Source: Ostrea edulis (taxonomy: Eukaryota). Taken from it: DNA of 64,000 nucleotides. The notes under the pieces were generated by a model that made no database searches, was not told the DNA's origin, and worked only from the letters and a program-made list of their open reading frames with translations. Of this stretch, positions 24,851-36,511 are shown piece after piece. Location: contig NC_079167.1 of the NCBI RefSeq assembly GCF_947568905.1, forward strand, positions 13,826,001 to 13,890,000, written 5' to 3'. Each line of letters begins with the position of its first letter. The first letter of the stretch is position 1. Position numbers and translations under genes: made by a program.

Positions 24851-26689
24851 TTATTTAGCTGATTAGTTTGTTGTTTTATGTTCTATTTGAGAATGTTTCA
24901 CTCATGTACAGACGTCACCAGCTTTAGGTGCTGGATAGTAGTTAAAGCAATCTACGTTCAAATACTTCGCCGTTCGCTGTTACAGATTCCCAGCCTTCTG
25001 GTCGTTTACATGTCTCCCCGGTAGGAGTACATCGGTTGTAAAAATATTATCGAAATAAGATTTACAAATTCCTAGGAGTTCTACTAATCTCGAGAAGTTG
25101 TTAGTATTTGTGTGATATAGAATTTAATTTTTTTTTTTTATCTACGATCGATAAGTCATCCGCTGTGTCCTGTCTTACATGCAAGATTCTGAAGAATTTC
25201 ATTACGCAAACTATACTTATATAGCAAATTCACATTATTATAATTATTTCTGATGTGTGAAATACTTCATGATTTCACACGGAGACGACCTCAGCAAATT
25301 TTAAGGATGATAGATATTGAGTAGTACTGTAGTCTAACATGACCTTGTGTATCGATCTTCGGCGTTTAGCTGACTCAGGGGTAATGACGAATAGTGATTC
25401 TTGTTCGAAGTTGACGAGGGGTGTGTGTCAAAGGACCTTCCAAATTTAGCTTTGACTTACCCCCTCCCCCCTCCGATGATTTAGTAAAACTATACAATTT
25501 GCAAATGTATAATGACCTAAGATGTTCATTAATACCTTAATTTAGAATTAGAGGTTTGGCATTTTAAGAGATATGCCGTCTTTTGAAATCGCGTTTGTCT
25601 GTTTTTGTTATACCTCTATTGATATTCATCTAAAGCCTTTGTTTATATCGAGCATAAGCTTGTCCAGATTTCTCTTTTCTATTGTGATTTATTTTATAAT
25701 AAAGAAAATCATATCCAAAAGGCAAGCCTGGACAATCTTGTGCTGGTGATGAAATTCATAACAATAATTACAATAAAAATCTGCATACTCTTAGTATTCG
25801 TCTTCTTTATACCTCATTTATCTGTACTGACCTCAGGTAGTAATTCTGTAGTTTTCAGGCTAAGGGTGACCATTTCAAACTTAGTTTTCTACCCTTATCT
25901 TCCAATATCCCAGGGGAAAAGGACTGTACACTTACAGGAGATACATCAGTGTTTAATATTTACCAAGAAGTGTTATAATAGATAAATCTTTTTTTTTCTT
26001 TGAAAAGAGGGCTGGTAAAAAGGGACCAAAGGCTACAGCTAAAGTGGAGAGGCCCTTTCCACGTGGGAAAATAACCGGATAAATATTCTATAGATTTTAG
26101 AGTCCATTTTCGATCGTAGAACAGCATCACACCCTCTAAATGCAAGAAGTTCTACAACTCCCTTCAAGTACATGTAGAAAAATTACCCCCATAGAAATTA
26201 TAGTCCCTGTGTCAGGTTCTTCAATTACAACCAAATAACCCAATAGTAGAATAGGTAAAACTGATTCCGAACAAAGTGGGAAAAAAATTATAGGTTAGCC
26301 AACAGCAAAACATGTGTCGTATTCTGGTGTAAATATCTTCCGAAACATTTAACACGGGTATGGTGATTTCCAATGTTGCTTATGTATAGTGCATTATTCT
26401 CTTTCCACGTGCAAGGAAGGGTATGGTAGCCAGAAGAACTGTCGGTCCTGTATCCATAATGAGAACAAGTTCAGAAAGCCATTTGACATACTTTTAAATA
26501 GCCCAAAAGTAGGCTACGGAGCACCAATCAAGTTGAAATATGAATTGATTATTTATTTCTCTTAGATGGAGGTTGTGACAGGGCAACCTCTATTCATAGC
26601 GGGAAATACAAACTGGAAATCTGTTTGACCTACTTTTACCCCTAAAGTAGGTCATGGTGCATCAATCCAGCTGAAACGCAAACTGAACT

Positions 26690-27070
26690 TATTTTCCTCC
26701 GAGAGGAAGCTTGTGACTAAATTTCAGAGCAATATCTGCATCCATAACGAAAACAAGGTTTCTCTATTAAGTGGTACTACGACTTTGACCTTGGGAAACA
26801 ATGGACATCGTCCGCTTGGATTAAGATGTATGTGTACCAAGTTTGACGGTCCTAGCCCCAACGGTTCGGTTTGTACTCTACCTACAAGGTTTTCATACTA
26901 AGTGATATTACGACCTTGATATTTGACCTTGAAGAACAAAATGCGTCCTTTAATTGGCATGAGGAGTATTACGAAGCTTAACGGTCCTAGTCCTAATAGT
27001 TCGATCTGGATTCTGCCTATAACGTTTTATTATTAACTGATACTACGATCTTGACCTCTGACCTTGAAAA
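26690..27070. mobile_element. Helentron-like internal repeat remnant
   Basis: Two diverged units containing GACGGTCCTAG...GACCTTGA motifs. Confidence 0.4.
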
Positions 27071-27119
27071 ACGATAGGTAGGTAGGTACTGAGTATATGT
27101 AGAACATATTGAGATCGAG

Positions 27120-27395
27120 AATTTTCCCCTCATACTGAGACGTCACCAGGTATAGGATTAGACCTATGCTCAGCGCTCAGGGCGATAGAAGTGAGAGTTC
27201 TTTAACATGCCAACGCCTGCCGCGACACGGGAACTCCGTTTATAAGGACCCATGATTCTCACTTCTAAATCCCGAGCGTTTGGCGAAGGAGCAATTATTA
27301 CCTATATTTGACACGGCCATGGCACGAGTAGGGTTCGAACTCACGACCTACCAGTTATGAAGTGAACGCTCTACCACTAAACTACCGCAACCGGT
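27120..27395 (-). mobile_element. tRNA-derived SINE
   Basis: Minus-strand head GGTAGTTTAGTGGTAGAGCG...GGTCGTGAGTTCGAACCC (boxes A and B), followed by a body shared with 7680-7945. Confidence 0.8.
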
Positions 27396-27999
27396 GCGAA
27401 ACAGTAGAAGTCTTGCGATTGGTTTTCATCGTAGTTCCATCCTCATGTGACTTATCAATATTAATGGTTAAAAATGGAAAAAAAAACTGTATTAGTTTTC
27501 ACTCAATGTTGTTTAATTTGATTAATAACCAATGAAAAACGTAAACGTTGTCAGACACACAAAAACAGATGTAGGTGTGAACATCAGAAAATCATACATT
27601 TTCGTTAAATAAAATGATAAAAATAGATATAAAAACTAGTTGAAATGACAAAATTTATATGTCAACAGTTTAAAAAAAAACCCCTGCTAATTCATAAATA
27701 TGTATAGATTAAATGTGGCTATTAGGGAAACCATTGTATAATAGATAGGAAATTGCAGCATGAGTTATTGTGCTTGACAACATTTTTTATCTTAAATCAT
27801 TGATTATCTCTGGAAAAATATAAACTTTTTCAGTATTAAAATAGTTTACTTTTTTTTTTATCAACTGAATAAAATTCCTCATAAAGATATATTTATATAT
27901 ATAATGAGTATTTTTTGTGGATAAAGTCGCATCTTTCAACAAAAGTGCGATTCGTTGATATGTTGATTCCAGTGAACGGAAAATAAAAGGCATAGTCTT

Positions 28000-28452
28000 C
28001 CATATCTGCTTCATACTTTGATATTTTATCAATCAGATGTTAACGGCAAACTAGCAACTAAACTTTATGAGAAACGGGATGACTTCAGCTTCTTCATCGT
28101 CAACTTCCCATATTTATGTAGCAATATTCCATTATCAGCTGCATATGATGTTTATGTTTCTCGACTGATTCTATACACAAGAGCTTGTTCTGCACATGAA
28201 CAGTTTTTAAATCGAGACAGAGATTACTGATAAATAAGTTGATGTTACAGGGGTCGGTTCAATGGTCTCGTTTGAAGTCAGCATTTCGCAAATGATATGG
28301 TCGTTATAACGATCTAATTTACCAATAGAATCTGTATTAGGTAAAATGCTGTCTGACATGTTTCATACTGATTGAGGCCGTTCTTTACACACTCCGTGTG
28401 TGACCGGTCTACATCGGGATGTTTACTCCTAAGCACCCGATCCCACCTCTGC
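28000..28452 (+). mobile_element. Second 3' remnant of the Penelope-like RT family seen at 10585
   Basis: ORF 28018-28230 [44 protein letters not shown], followed by the shared 3' region. Confidence 0.6.
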
Positions 28453-28610
28453 TAATGTAGCGTTATCGCATCATCGCCATCGCAGTATCGCACCATCGTT
28501 ATCGCATTATCGCGCCATCGTACCATAGTCATCGTACCATCGTCATCGCACCATCGACCCAAACCTCGATGGTGCGATAGTGAACTACGTGGCCCTATCC
28601 GGATTCCATA
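28453..28610. mobile_element. Solo end of a TATGGA-terminated element with CATCG subterminal repeats
   Basis: Many ATCGC/CATCG repeats ending in GGATTCCATA (reverse complement TATGGAATCC), the same terminal hexamer as the 4797 and 54833 elements. Confidence 0.5.
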
Positions 28611-30803
28611 CACAACAGCTTACGGAAATCGCACGGAAATATCGTGTAAAACATTAAACATTCACAGCAGTCAAATTCTACGTACTTATTATGATTATTG
28701 TAAATACAATACATAAGAAACATTGGAAACACTTCAAAGAAAAGCAAAACGTGGTTACAATATTGGTGTTATACATCACACATACGTTCAGAACTGTGTG
28801 TGTACGTCATTCGAGGTTGACCTTTTGCGTGTGAGGATGAATTAGAACTTTGTCAATCAAGAAATGATTTATATTTACCGCGCTTCATAAAACGTATGCC
28901 GACGTCAAGTGTTGCAGTTCGTACCCTCATGTATTTTCAAAAATGAAATTCATTTTTTATATTCACGCTCTACTCTTATTTCTGTTAGAATTCCCAGTCG
29001 TTAGAATAGACATAGAATAGATATACTACGAGTATATTCATCAAGATTCATACGCGCATTGTTCAAAGCTGTAATGCGTTCAGGAGGAAATAGCTATCAT
29101 TACAATTTCTGAAAATCTAAAAGGCAAAAATGGGAATGCAAATATTAATAATTGTATCAACAACAAAAATTAGAAATATTAGAACAGGAAAATCTAAACT
29201 GAGTAAATGAAAGTAGTAAGTGAAAGTAGATTACACCTCCTCCGCAGCCTCTGTACTGCCACACCCCCGACACATTCTATAGCCATGTTGAGGACATGTG
29301 CAGAACTTGTTTGGGCGTAATGTACTTGTAGTAACTTGATATTTAAACCGACACTGAAAAATTAAGAAATTCATATTCCTTGTTAGTATTAATTTAGACC
29401 GTACTCTCTGAGTTAAAATTCAGTTTCAATGTAGGTTAGATGTGGCAATTAAATATATCCTACGAATTAATTTTTTGTTGGTACATGGTATGCTGTGCCA
29501 CTAAATACTCAGTACTTCCGGCTTGGAGGACGTGGATCTGAATTGGCGTATTCATACACTGAATGAAATAATTGTAAAGATTGAGGAAGCACTTAAATTC
29601 TGCCTCCAGAGTGCACGGTGTGGACTATGGATATCTCTACTCATCTCCAAGTAAGTATTATCAGTATTTCATTGCTTATTATTGGTACAAATTAGAAAAT
29701 AGGATTAAACTGTAGAAAGCAATAAAAAAAATGAAAATGATGATAATTAAATTGGTATGAATTATGCCGTATGTCTTCCATTGTGAGGGTTTTAGTCGCT
29801 GATGAGACATGAAGTAAGTAAGTAAAATGTTATAAAAGATTACAATTTAGTTTAATATGTCTAACAATCGGGATGTGTGGCTATAAATGCATGCATATCA
29901 AGAGCTTCACGTTAGACAGAAAACCATTTTTCACGCTGGGGGTTTTTTTTTACATCTAAAACTTGACTGAAACAAACTGAGATGAGTTCTCTATATTAAG
30001 GAACTTTGTTCCTCGGCTTCTGAGTACAACTGCGCATGCCCTAACTGTGTACGTTACTTATGTCATTAGTCCAAACATATTTATTACTTAAACTACTCAG
30101 TTGAAAAAAATTCGTGTCGATTCAAAATTTTAAAGGATTTGGAAAGGACTAAATTTTGTGGCGAAAGGATTGTTTAATCAGAAAGTCCTATATCTGCATG
30201 ATTTTACAGTTTCTGTATCATTCAACATAGTGTCAATATTTACACTCTTAACGTGTATTTCGATTTTGTAGATTTATGATACTAATAGTAGAGAAATTTA
30301 ACACACTGTAGCTAAATGACAAGCACTATGACCCAAGTTTTCCTTTTAATTTCATAATCCCTCTTCAAAATATACTTCCGAAAATATTGACAATACTCCA
30401 AAACTCAGGAGCGAACCTCTTTTTAAAGTAATCTACAGTGAATAATGCATGCCCACACGGCATTCCAATTTTGATCGAATTTTCTCTTTTTCAGAGAATT
30501 TATGAAAAGTTGGAGCAGATAGAAGAACATTTGTCAAGAATTCTCTCTTTTGAGGAGAAATTGGAGAAAATTGTAAACATAACGGAGTTCCTACGTGAAC
30601 ATGGTCCCGGCAACATTGCATTCGAGAGGACGTGTTCGACAAAGGAAAAGAAATTCAAATCAAGCAGATCGGACACCAACCACCAAACATACGAGAAGTA
30701 TAGACAATGCGTTCCAGGTAAAACTGATCTTCCAATTGTTGTTCAATATCACCTCAATTAAAACACTCTTTGTTCTCAGAGCCCCATATATATTTCTAAG
30801 GGT

Positions 30804-31476
30804 CTAGTCTGATATTATTGTGATGAGTCTAGTGATATTGCGATGAGTGCAATATTATAGGGTTATTGAACTTATATCGGTGAATATTGGCACGAGTTGG
30901 CTGTGAAAATGCACGAGCTTGCGAGTGCATTTTGACAGCCAACGAGTGCCAATATTCACCTATATAAGTTCAATAACCCTTTTATTATATAGCTAAAGTA
31001 TTTGGTTGTTAAGTTATATCCATTTTCACTCAAACTACTCCAAAATAGACGAGAATTCATCAATATTGCCAGTGTGCAATAACAGCATGCATTTCTTAAC
31101 TGTTCAATATTTAACCCGTCATTAATGCATGAAGCAAACTGATTTTGTAAATGGGGACATCATAATTTATGTACAGTAAAACATAATGCTTAAGTAAATA
31201 TCAAATACCGGCTCTGTCAAATTCGGAGGACCGTCGTCTGCCATTTTTGCTTGTTTACGTCGTTACGGTAACGTCAATATTGAACGCTCATACTCGGAAT
31301 GTTTCGGGTGCATACAATTTACGTAATGTAAAGTTAGCGTTCAATAAATTTTCAGGATATTGAACGCTAACATTCTCTAGATTTTACGCAGATTTTATAT
31401 TAGACTATTTATTAGCTATATAATAATATGCCAATATTGGACTCGTCACAATAATACTAGACTCGTCAGTAACAAA
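30804..31476 (-). mobile_element. Non-autonomous element: IR-bounded module plus ~120-nt bulged hairpin (type example A)
   Basis: Hairpin 30859-30980. IR TTATTATATAGCTAA (30982-30996) / TTAGCTATATAATAA (31412-31426). Outer inverted GAGTCTAG-type repeats at 30804-30856 and 31427-31476. Confidence 0.6.
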
Positions 31477-31542
31477 TGTTTAGGTCACATCAATCTTCAC
31501 AAAACGAATAACAAAGAGCACACACACAGAAGAAACTTGTGC

Positions 31543-31594
<52 letters not shown>
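31543..31594. repeat. (TG)n(TA)n microsatellite at the 3' end of the minus-strand Penelope-like element
   Basis: Read directly from the sequence. Confidence 0.9.
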
Positions 31595-31597
<3 letters not shown>

Positions 31598-31630
31598 AAA
31601 AATATGAAAAGAAAACACAGAAATCCTCCG

Positions 31631-31669
31631 TAAAGCTTTAGCGCTTTCATTACATCTTCAGAAGCTTTA
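31631..31669 (-). ncRNA. Minimal type I hammerhead ribozyme
   Basis: Minus strand UAAAGCUU-CUGAAGA-UGUAAU-GAAA-GCGC-UA-AAGCUUUA: 8-bp stem I, conserved core, palindromic GCGC stem III, CUA cleavage triplet. Stem II is essentially absent. Confidence 0.72.
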
Positions 31670-31688
31670 CAAAAATGTATACATAGCA

Positions 31689-32058
31689 TTATTATATACT
31701 TTCAATTTCATATCTTCTTTTTTCTTTAAAAGTTTGCGGGCATATATCACACGATATATGCCCGGAAACTTTCCGGCCCGCAAACATTACGTCACAATCA
31801 AATTTCTACGCCGTTAATTTTCAAATTTTTCGTGTTTTTCATCTTTTACTCAGTTAAACCGATAAAGTTATTGTTAAAAATAAAATTATTGTTAGTTTCT
31901 AAATGAAATTGAAAGTATATAATAAAAAGGTTATACACTTTGTATGGGAAATATGACGACCTCGTTTTTTGTCGCGAACGGACCTCGCAAGCTCGGTCCG
32001 TCTGCGCGCCAAAAAACTCGGTCGTCATATTTTCCCATACAAAGTCTATAACCTATAT
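31689..32058 (+). mobile_element. Non-autonomous IR-plus-hairpin element (type example B) inserted in the Penelope 3' UTR
   Basis: 23-bp IR at 31689-31711 and 31903-31925, then a bulged hairpin 31929-32053 centred on GCAAGC. Confidence 0.65.
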
Positions 32059-33912
32059 TTATAAGTATCATAGTAACAGTGATTATGACGTCAAAGTAAG
32101 CGGAACGTTAAATGTCTATATTGTGACGTCATGGATAATGTACAACAATGATCTGGAAAAAGTACGGGAAAATCATAGGCAATTATAAAAGACTATTAAG
32201 TTTTGGCTTTAGAATACCAATAAAATGTTTTTCTTTTTCCCGTCTCTGAATAGCACTGGCACATCTGAGTTTATAAAATGGGAAAATGTTAAATCGTTTT
32301 TTACCACACGTTTCCAGGTGTGCACTTAACTGGATTTGTCTGTATTCAGGTGTACTGATGTGCTGCTTATGCACACGTACACGGGCACGGAGAGTGTTGC
32401 CAGTTTCACCAATGTAATATTCCTTGCATCCAGGACATGTGATGGCGTATATGACATCCTTTGTATCGCATGACATGTTAGCATTAACTTTAAATTCTCG
32501 TCCGTTAAAATTATAACTGGTCCCTTCTGTAATGTAGTCACATGTACCGCATCGAGGGTCCGTACACTTTGACACTGTATAAGTACGGTCATCTAATTGG
32601 GAGGAACAAAGTATTCTCTTAAGATTTTTGGGCTGGCGTTTACTGCTAATAAAACGACAGTTCTTGTATATGCCTTTTGTTTGTTCATCTTCCTTAAGTA
32701 GCTTGTTTAATTCATAAACAATTGAATTGATGTTTTGATTTCTCGGATTATAAGTGTGTACAAATGGTATTATTTCTCCATCAATTGCATGATAGACAAA
32801 CTTCTAGGAAAAGTTACGCGTGCGCCGTAAGAAAAAATTCTACAAATATTCCTACAGTTACAGTGGATCTCCCTATGGAAAATACACCTGGGCCATCATT
32901 TTCTAAAGGAATAAATTCATTTTCGGGAAAACGAAAAAATACAAATAAGAATCAATACGAGAATTCTATATCCAAAAATCAAATCTCTCGTAGTCCTATT
33001 CCGCAATATCGACAGATCCCTAAGCATCACAAAGCTATAAACAGGCGGAATCAGGACAATAGCGGACAAAATGAAAATAACCGAGGGTATAGTAGAAATA
33101 GACGTCCACCAAACTTTTACAGAAACGAAAGAACCACGTATATCGGAAGAGGGGTACGCAACTATTTTTTAGGAGGAGGCAAAATGAGCCAAGGTCAGAG
33201 ATACAAGAACCTAATACCACGGTTATCAACAACAGCAATTCAAGGGATACACCCAGGAATATAATTAAGACAGAACCAAAAGTATTTAATCTTTCTGATA
33301 GACAACTAACGGATTCCGAAATAAAACTACTGTCTAAGGGTCTAAAATACACCCCTACACCTCATGTCAATAACCAAGAGCTTAAAACGGATGTTAAAGC
33401 TTATACTCGGCGACTCAGACTACATGAATATTTTCATGAAAGTGAGACCAGTGAATCTGATTCCGAGTCTACAGAGACAGAGCCAACAAACCTTGTAAGA
33501 AATAAATCAAAGTTTAATTCCTGTCTGGATAAGGAAATATATATCAAAATTCTCCGACAATTTAACGGAAAAAGAAGCAGCATTCTTACTCAATTTTGAG
33601 GTAAAAACAAGTAGTTTTTATGGACTACCAAAAATCCACAAATCTAAGCAAATTCAAAACGGAATACAGAAATCATGTGAACCATACATCAAAATACCGC
33701 GCCCAACAGATCTTAAACTACGCCCAATCGTAGCTGGCCCTTCTTGTCCAACACAAAGACTTAGTAATTTCCTAGATATTATACTAAAACCCATCTGCAA
33801 AATAGTTCCGAGTTATATTCGGGACGACATGGATTTCTTAAACCACATTCCTAAAATCGTTGAAGAAAATACAAAATTGGTGAGTTTTGATGTCACAAGT
33901 TTGTATACAAAT

Positions 33913-34451
33913 TTCTCACATTATCACCAGTGTGAGATCGACTTTACCCATGTGAGACAGCTATGTGAGATTTTTCTGTCTCACACTGCTGCGACGTCAT
34001 TTGATTGTGACGTCATATATTTTCTATGATTTACGTTACATTGTGAAGATTTACGTTACACGATGAAGCAAAAATATTTTGCATTGTTATCTTTAAATTT
34101 TAATGTATATAGTTTCTGTTGGACAACCTTGGGTTTTTTAGTTTACACTTACAGTGTAAACCATTTTCGGATACGCTCTTTCTGCCTATCTAATTAGTTT
34201 TTGCATCGAGGTTCAAATGAGGATTTTGATAATTTAGAATTTTCTCAAAGCTCCTAAATTTATGCACTAAACTGTAGGTAAAATGTGAGAAAAATAATCC
34301 TTCATTATTAACTCGTGTGGGGCAGGGAAATTCCACCTCTGGAACAAGATTCGCTGTCTAGGACTCGGCAAAGCCTCGTCCTAGACTGCGAATCTTGTCC
34401 CCTCGGTGGAATTTCCCTATCCCACACTCGTACTAATGAAAGATTTTATTT
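33913..34451 (+). mobile_element. Non-autonomous IR-plus-hairpin element (type example C) inserted in the RT gene
   Basis: Splits ...TAT ACA AAT | ATC CCA CAC (YTN|IPH) with no target duplication. IR TTCTCACATT / AATGTGAGAA and a ~150-nt hairpin at ~34300-34445. Confidence 0.8.
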
Positions 34452-36042
34452 ATCCCACACAACTTGGGTATAGAAGCCATTTCCTTCTGGATTGATAAAC
34501 ATCAAAGTGTATTACAATCAAGATTTTCAAAGGAATTTATCTTGGAAGGAATCAAAATAGTTTTGGAAAATAATCATTTCTTTTTTGATAACAAATACTT
34601 TCTTCAAACAAAAGGAACAGCCATGGGGACAAAAGTCGCCCCCACTTACGCAACTTTAGTTTTTGGGTTTTCTTGAGGAGAAACTATTTACAGAATGCAA
34701 ATCAGTTTTTGGAGAAGAATTTGGCCTATATATTGAGAATAACTGGAAACGCTATTTGGATGACTGCTTTATTTTTTGGACCAAATCTTTACAAGATCTA
34801 CAGCACTTCCACAACATGCTGAATCACCTACACGATAACATACGATTTACAATGGAAATTAACGAAAATGAATTACCTTTTTTAGACATCCTGATTGTAA
34901 AGGAGGGGGTGAAAATCATAACAGATCTCTACTACAAGAATACAGATTCCCATCAATATTTGATGTTTAACTCATGCCATCCATCTCACACCAAACGAAA
35001 CATCCCTTTTAACATGGCCCGGAGAATTTGCACAATAGTAATAGATGAGGATCACAGAAATACAAGATTATCTGAACTTAAGATATTTTTATGCAGACAG
35101 AAATATCCACCAAAATTAATTGAAACAGTTATACAAAAGGCTAAAGAAACTCCCACCACAGAATTGTGAACTACTAAACAACATGAAGAAACCAACAACA
35201 AAATTCCTTTCGTTCTTACACACAACCCGAGAGGTCACAACATATTCAAAACAGCCAAGCAGTTATTCCCTATTCTTCAACAATCAGAAACATTAAATGA
35301 CCTCATTCAGCCCACGGATATACTCCACAGCAGACGTCAACCACCAAATTTGAAAAAATTCTCACTAAAGCCAAATTTACATCAAACCCCGAAAAACCAG
35401 CAATCTTCAAATGCGAGGATCCACGATGCGGTACTTGCCAATTTATACAAACCGGACACTCCATAACTTTCAAAAACGGAATGAACTTCAATGTAAATTC
35501 AACTATGACGTGTAAATCTAAAAATCTACTTTATTGTATGACGTGCCCTACATGTGGAGAAAACTATATAGGTCAAACAGGAACCAAATTGGCTGACCGT
35601 GTTCGTGTACATAAACAACAGATCAGAGATCCTACAATAAGAAACACACCGTGTAGCGGACATTTTGATTCGTGCGGGGAAGGCAGTTTTTATATTTTCC
35701 CATTTTACAAAGTAAAAGAGGAAATTGAACAATTACGCAGAGCCAAGGAAAACTATTTCATAAAACTGTTTGAGCCGAAACTAAACTGTTAATATTTTTA
35801 CTTCATGTTATTTAACATGTACATTTTACATAGAATGTCTCCTTTAATGTACAGGAATTCAGAAGTGCTTAAAACTTATAGACTGAACTGTTTTAAATAA
35901 TTATGTATGTATTTTTAAAAGTGCCTAACATTAACATTGTATAATGTTCTGACGTCACAATCATGACTGTATTATGTTTAACGTTGCCGGCATAACGTCA
36001 CGAGGATGACGTCATAATGGAACTTGTTTACATTGTTTAAAA

Positions 36043-36080
36043 ATCTACTGACGAGCCTGCAGGGCGAAAGCGCTATAGAT
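36043..36080 (+). ncRNA. Minimal type I hammerhead ribozyme
   Basis: AUCUA-CUGACGA-GCC(UGCAG)GGC-GAAA-GCGC-UA-UAGAU: stem I 5 bp, stem II 3 bp, palindromic GCGC stem III, CUA triplet. Lies ~250 nt downstream of the GIY-YIG stop. Confidence 0.85.
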
Positions 36081-36110
36081 AAAAGTTTGAGTATTGGGTT
36101 TTATTTTTTG

Positions 36111-36170
<60 letters not shown>

Positions 36171-36212
36171 AAGCGCTAAACACTAAAATGACCAACGAAA
36201 CGAACAACCTGA

Positions 36213-36253
36213 TTGTCAAATTTTCGGGACGACCCGTCCCTTCCTCGGGACAA
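36213..36253 (-). ncRNA. Degenerate hammerhead-like motif (remnant of a third Penelope-like terminal repeat)
   Basis: UUGUC-CCGAGGA-A-GGGAC(GGGUC)GUCCC-GAAA-AUUU-GACAA: stems I and II pair, but the core has a U4C change and an extra A. Confidence 0.4.
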
Positions 36254-36460
36254 ACAAAAAGAATTACATAATGTGGCCAATATCAACAAAGAATAATAAC
36301 AAAAACTACATATAAATACATCTAGCACTACAACTACACTAATCTACAAACGTATTTACAACGCAGACTACATGTTTTTGGTCTTTAGGCTTGCCAATCA
36401 ATGTTAAAAGCGGAGCGAATTAGGACATGCCTTATTCGTCCTAAGAGCTGATCCAAAATG

Positions 36461-36511
<51 letters not shown>

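Larger units (their letters stand above)
31600..32800 (-). mobile_element. 5'-truncated Penelope-like retroelement (Neptune-type linker plus intact GIY-YIG endonuclease)
   Basis: Open minus frame from ~32790: IPFVHTYNPRN...SKRQPKNLKRIL...KCTDPRCGTC...VIYAITCPGCKEYYIGETGNTLRARVRVH...RREKEKHFI..LKPKLN (ends 32183). The 3' UTR carries TGACGTCA twice and a hammerhead. Confidence 0.88.
32800..36115 (+). mobile_element. Penelope-like retroelement (ORF1 - RT - Zn-linker - GIY-YIG), inactivated
   Basis: VFNLS...LLSKGLKYTPTP; FYGLPKIHK; LRPIVAGPSCPT; SFDVTSLYTN/IPH; QTKGTAMGTKVAP; WKRYLDDCF; LPFLDILI; KCEDPRCGTC; LLYCMTC...YIGQTG...EPKLN (ends 35792). Disabled by a deletion/frameshift near 33530-33600, a 539-bp insertion, frameshifts near 34665 and 35350, and TGA at 35167. 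Confidence 0.92.

Noticed and set aside
27320-27395. tRNA-like sequence; also ~7885-7945
   Set aside because: No complete cloverleaf or acceptor stem, and it continues into a SINE body, so it is a SINE head rather than a tRNA gene.
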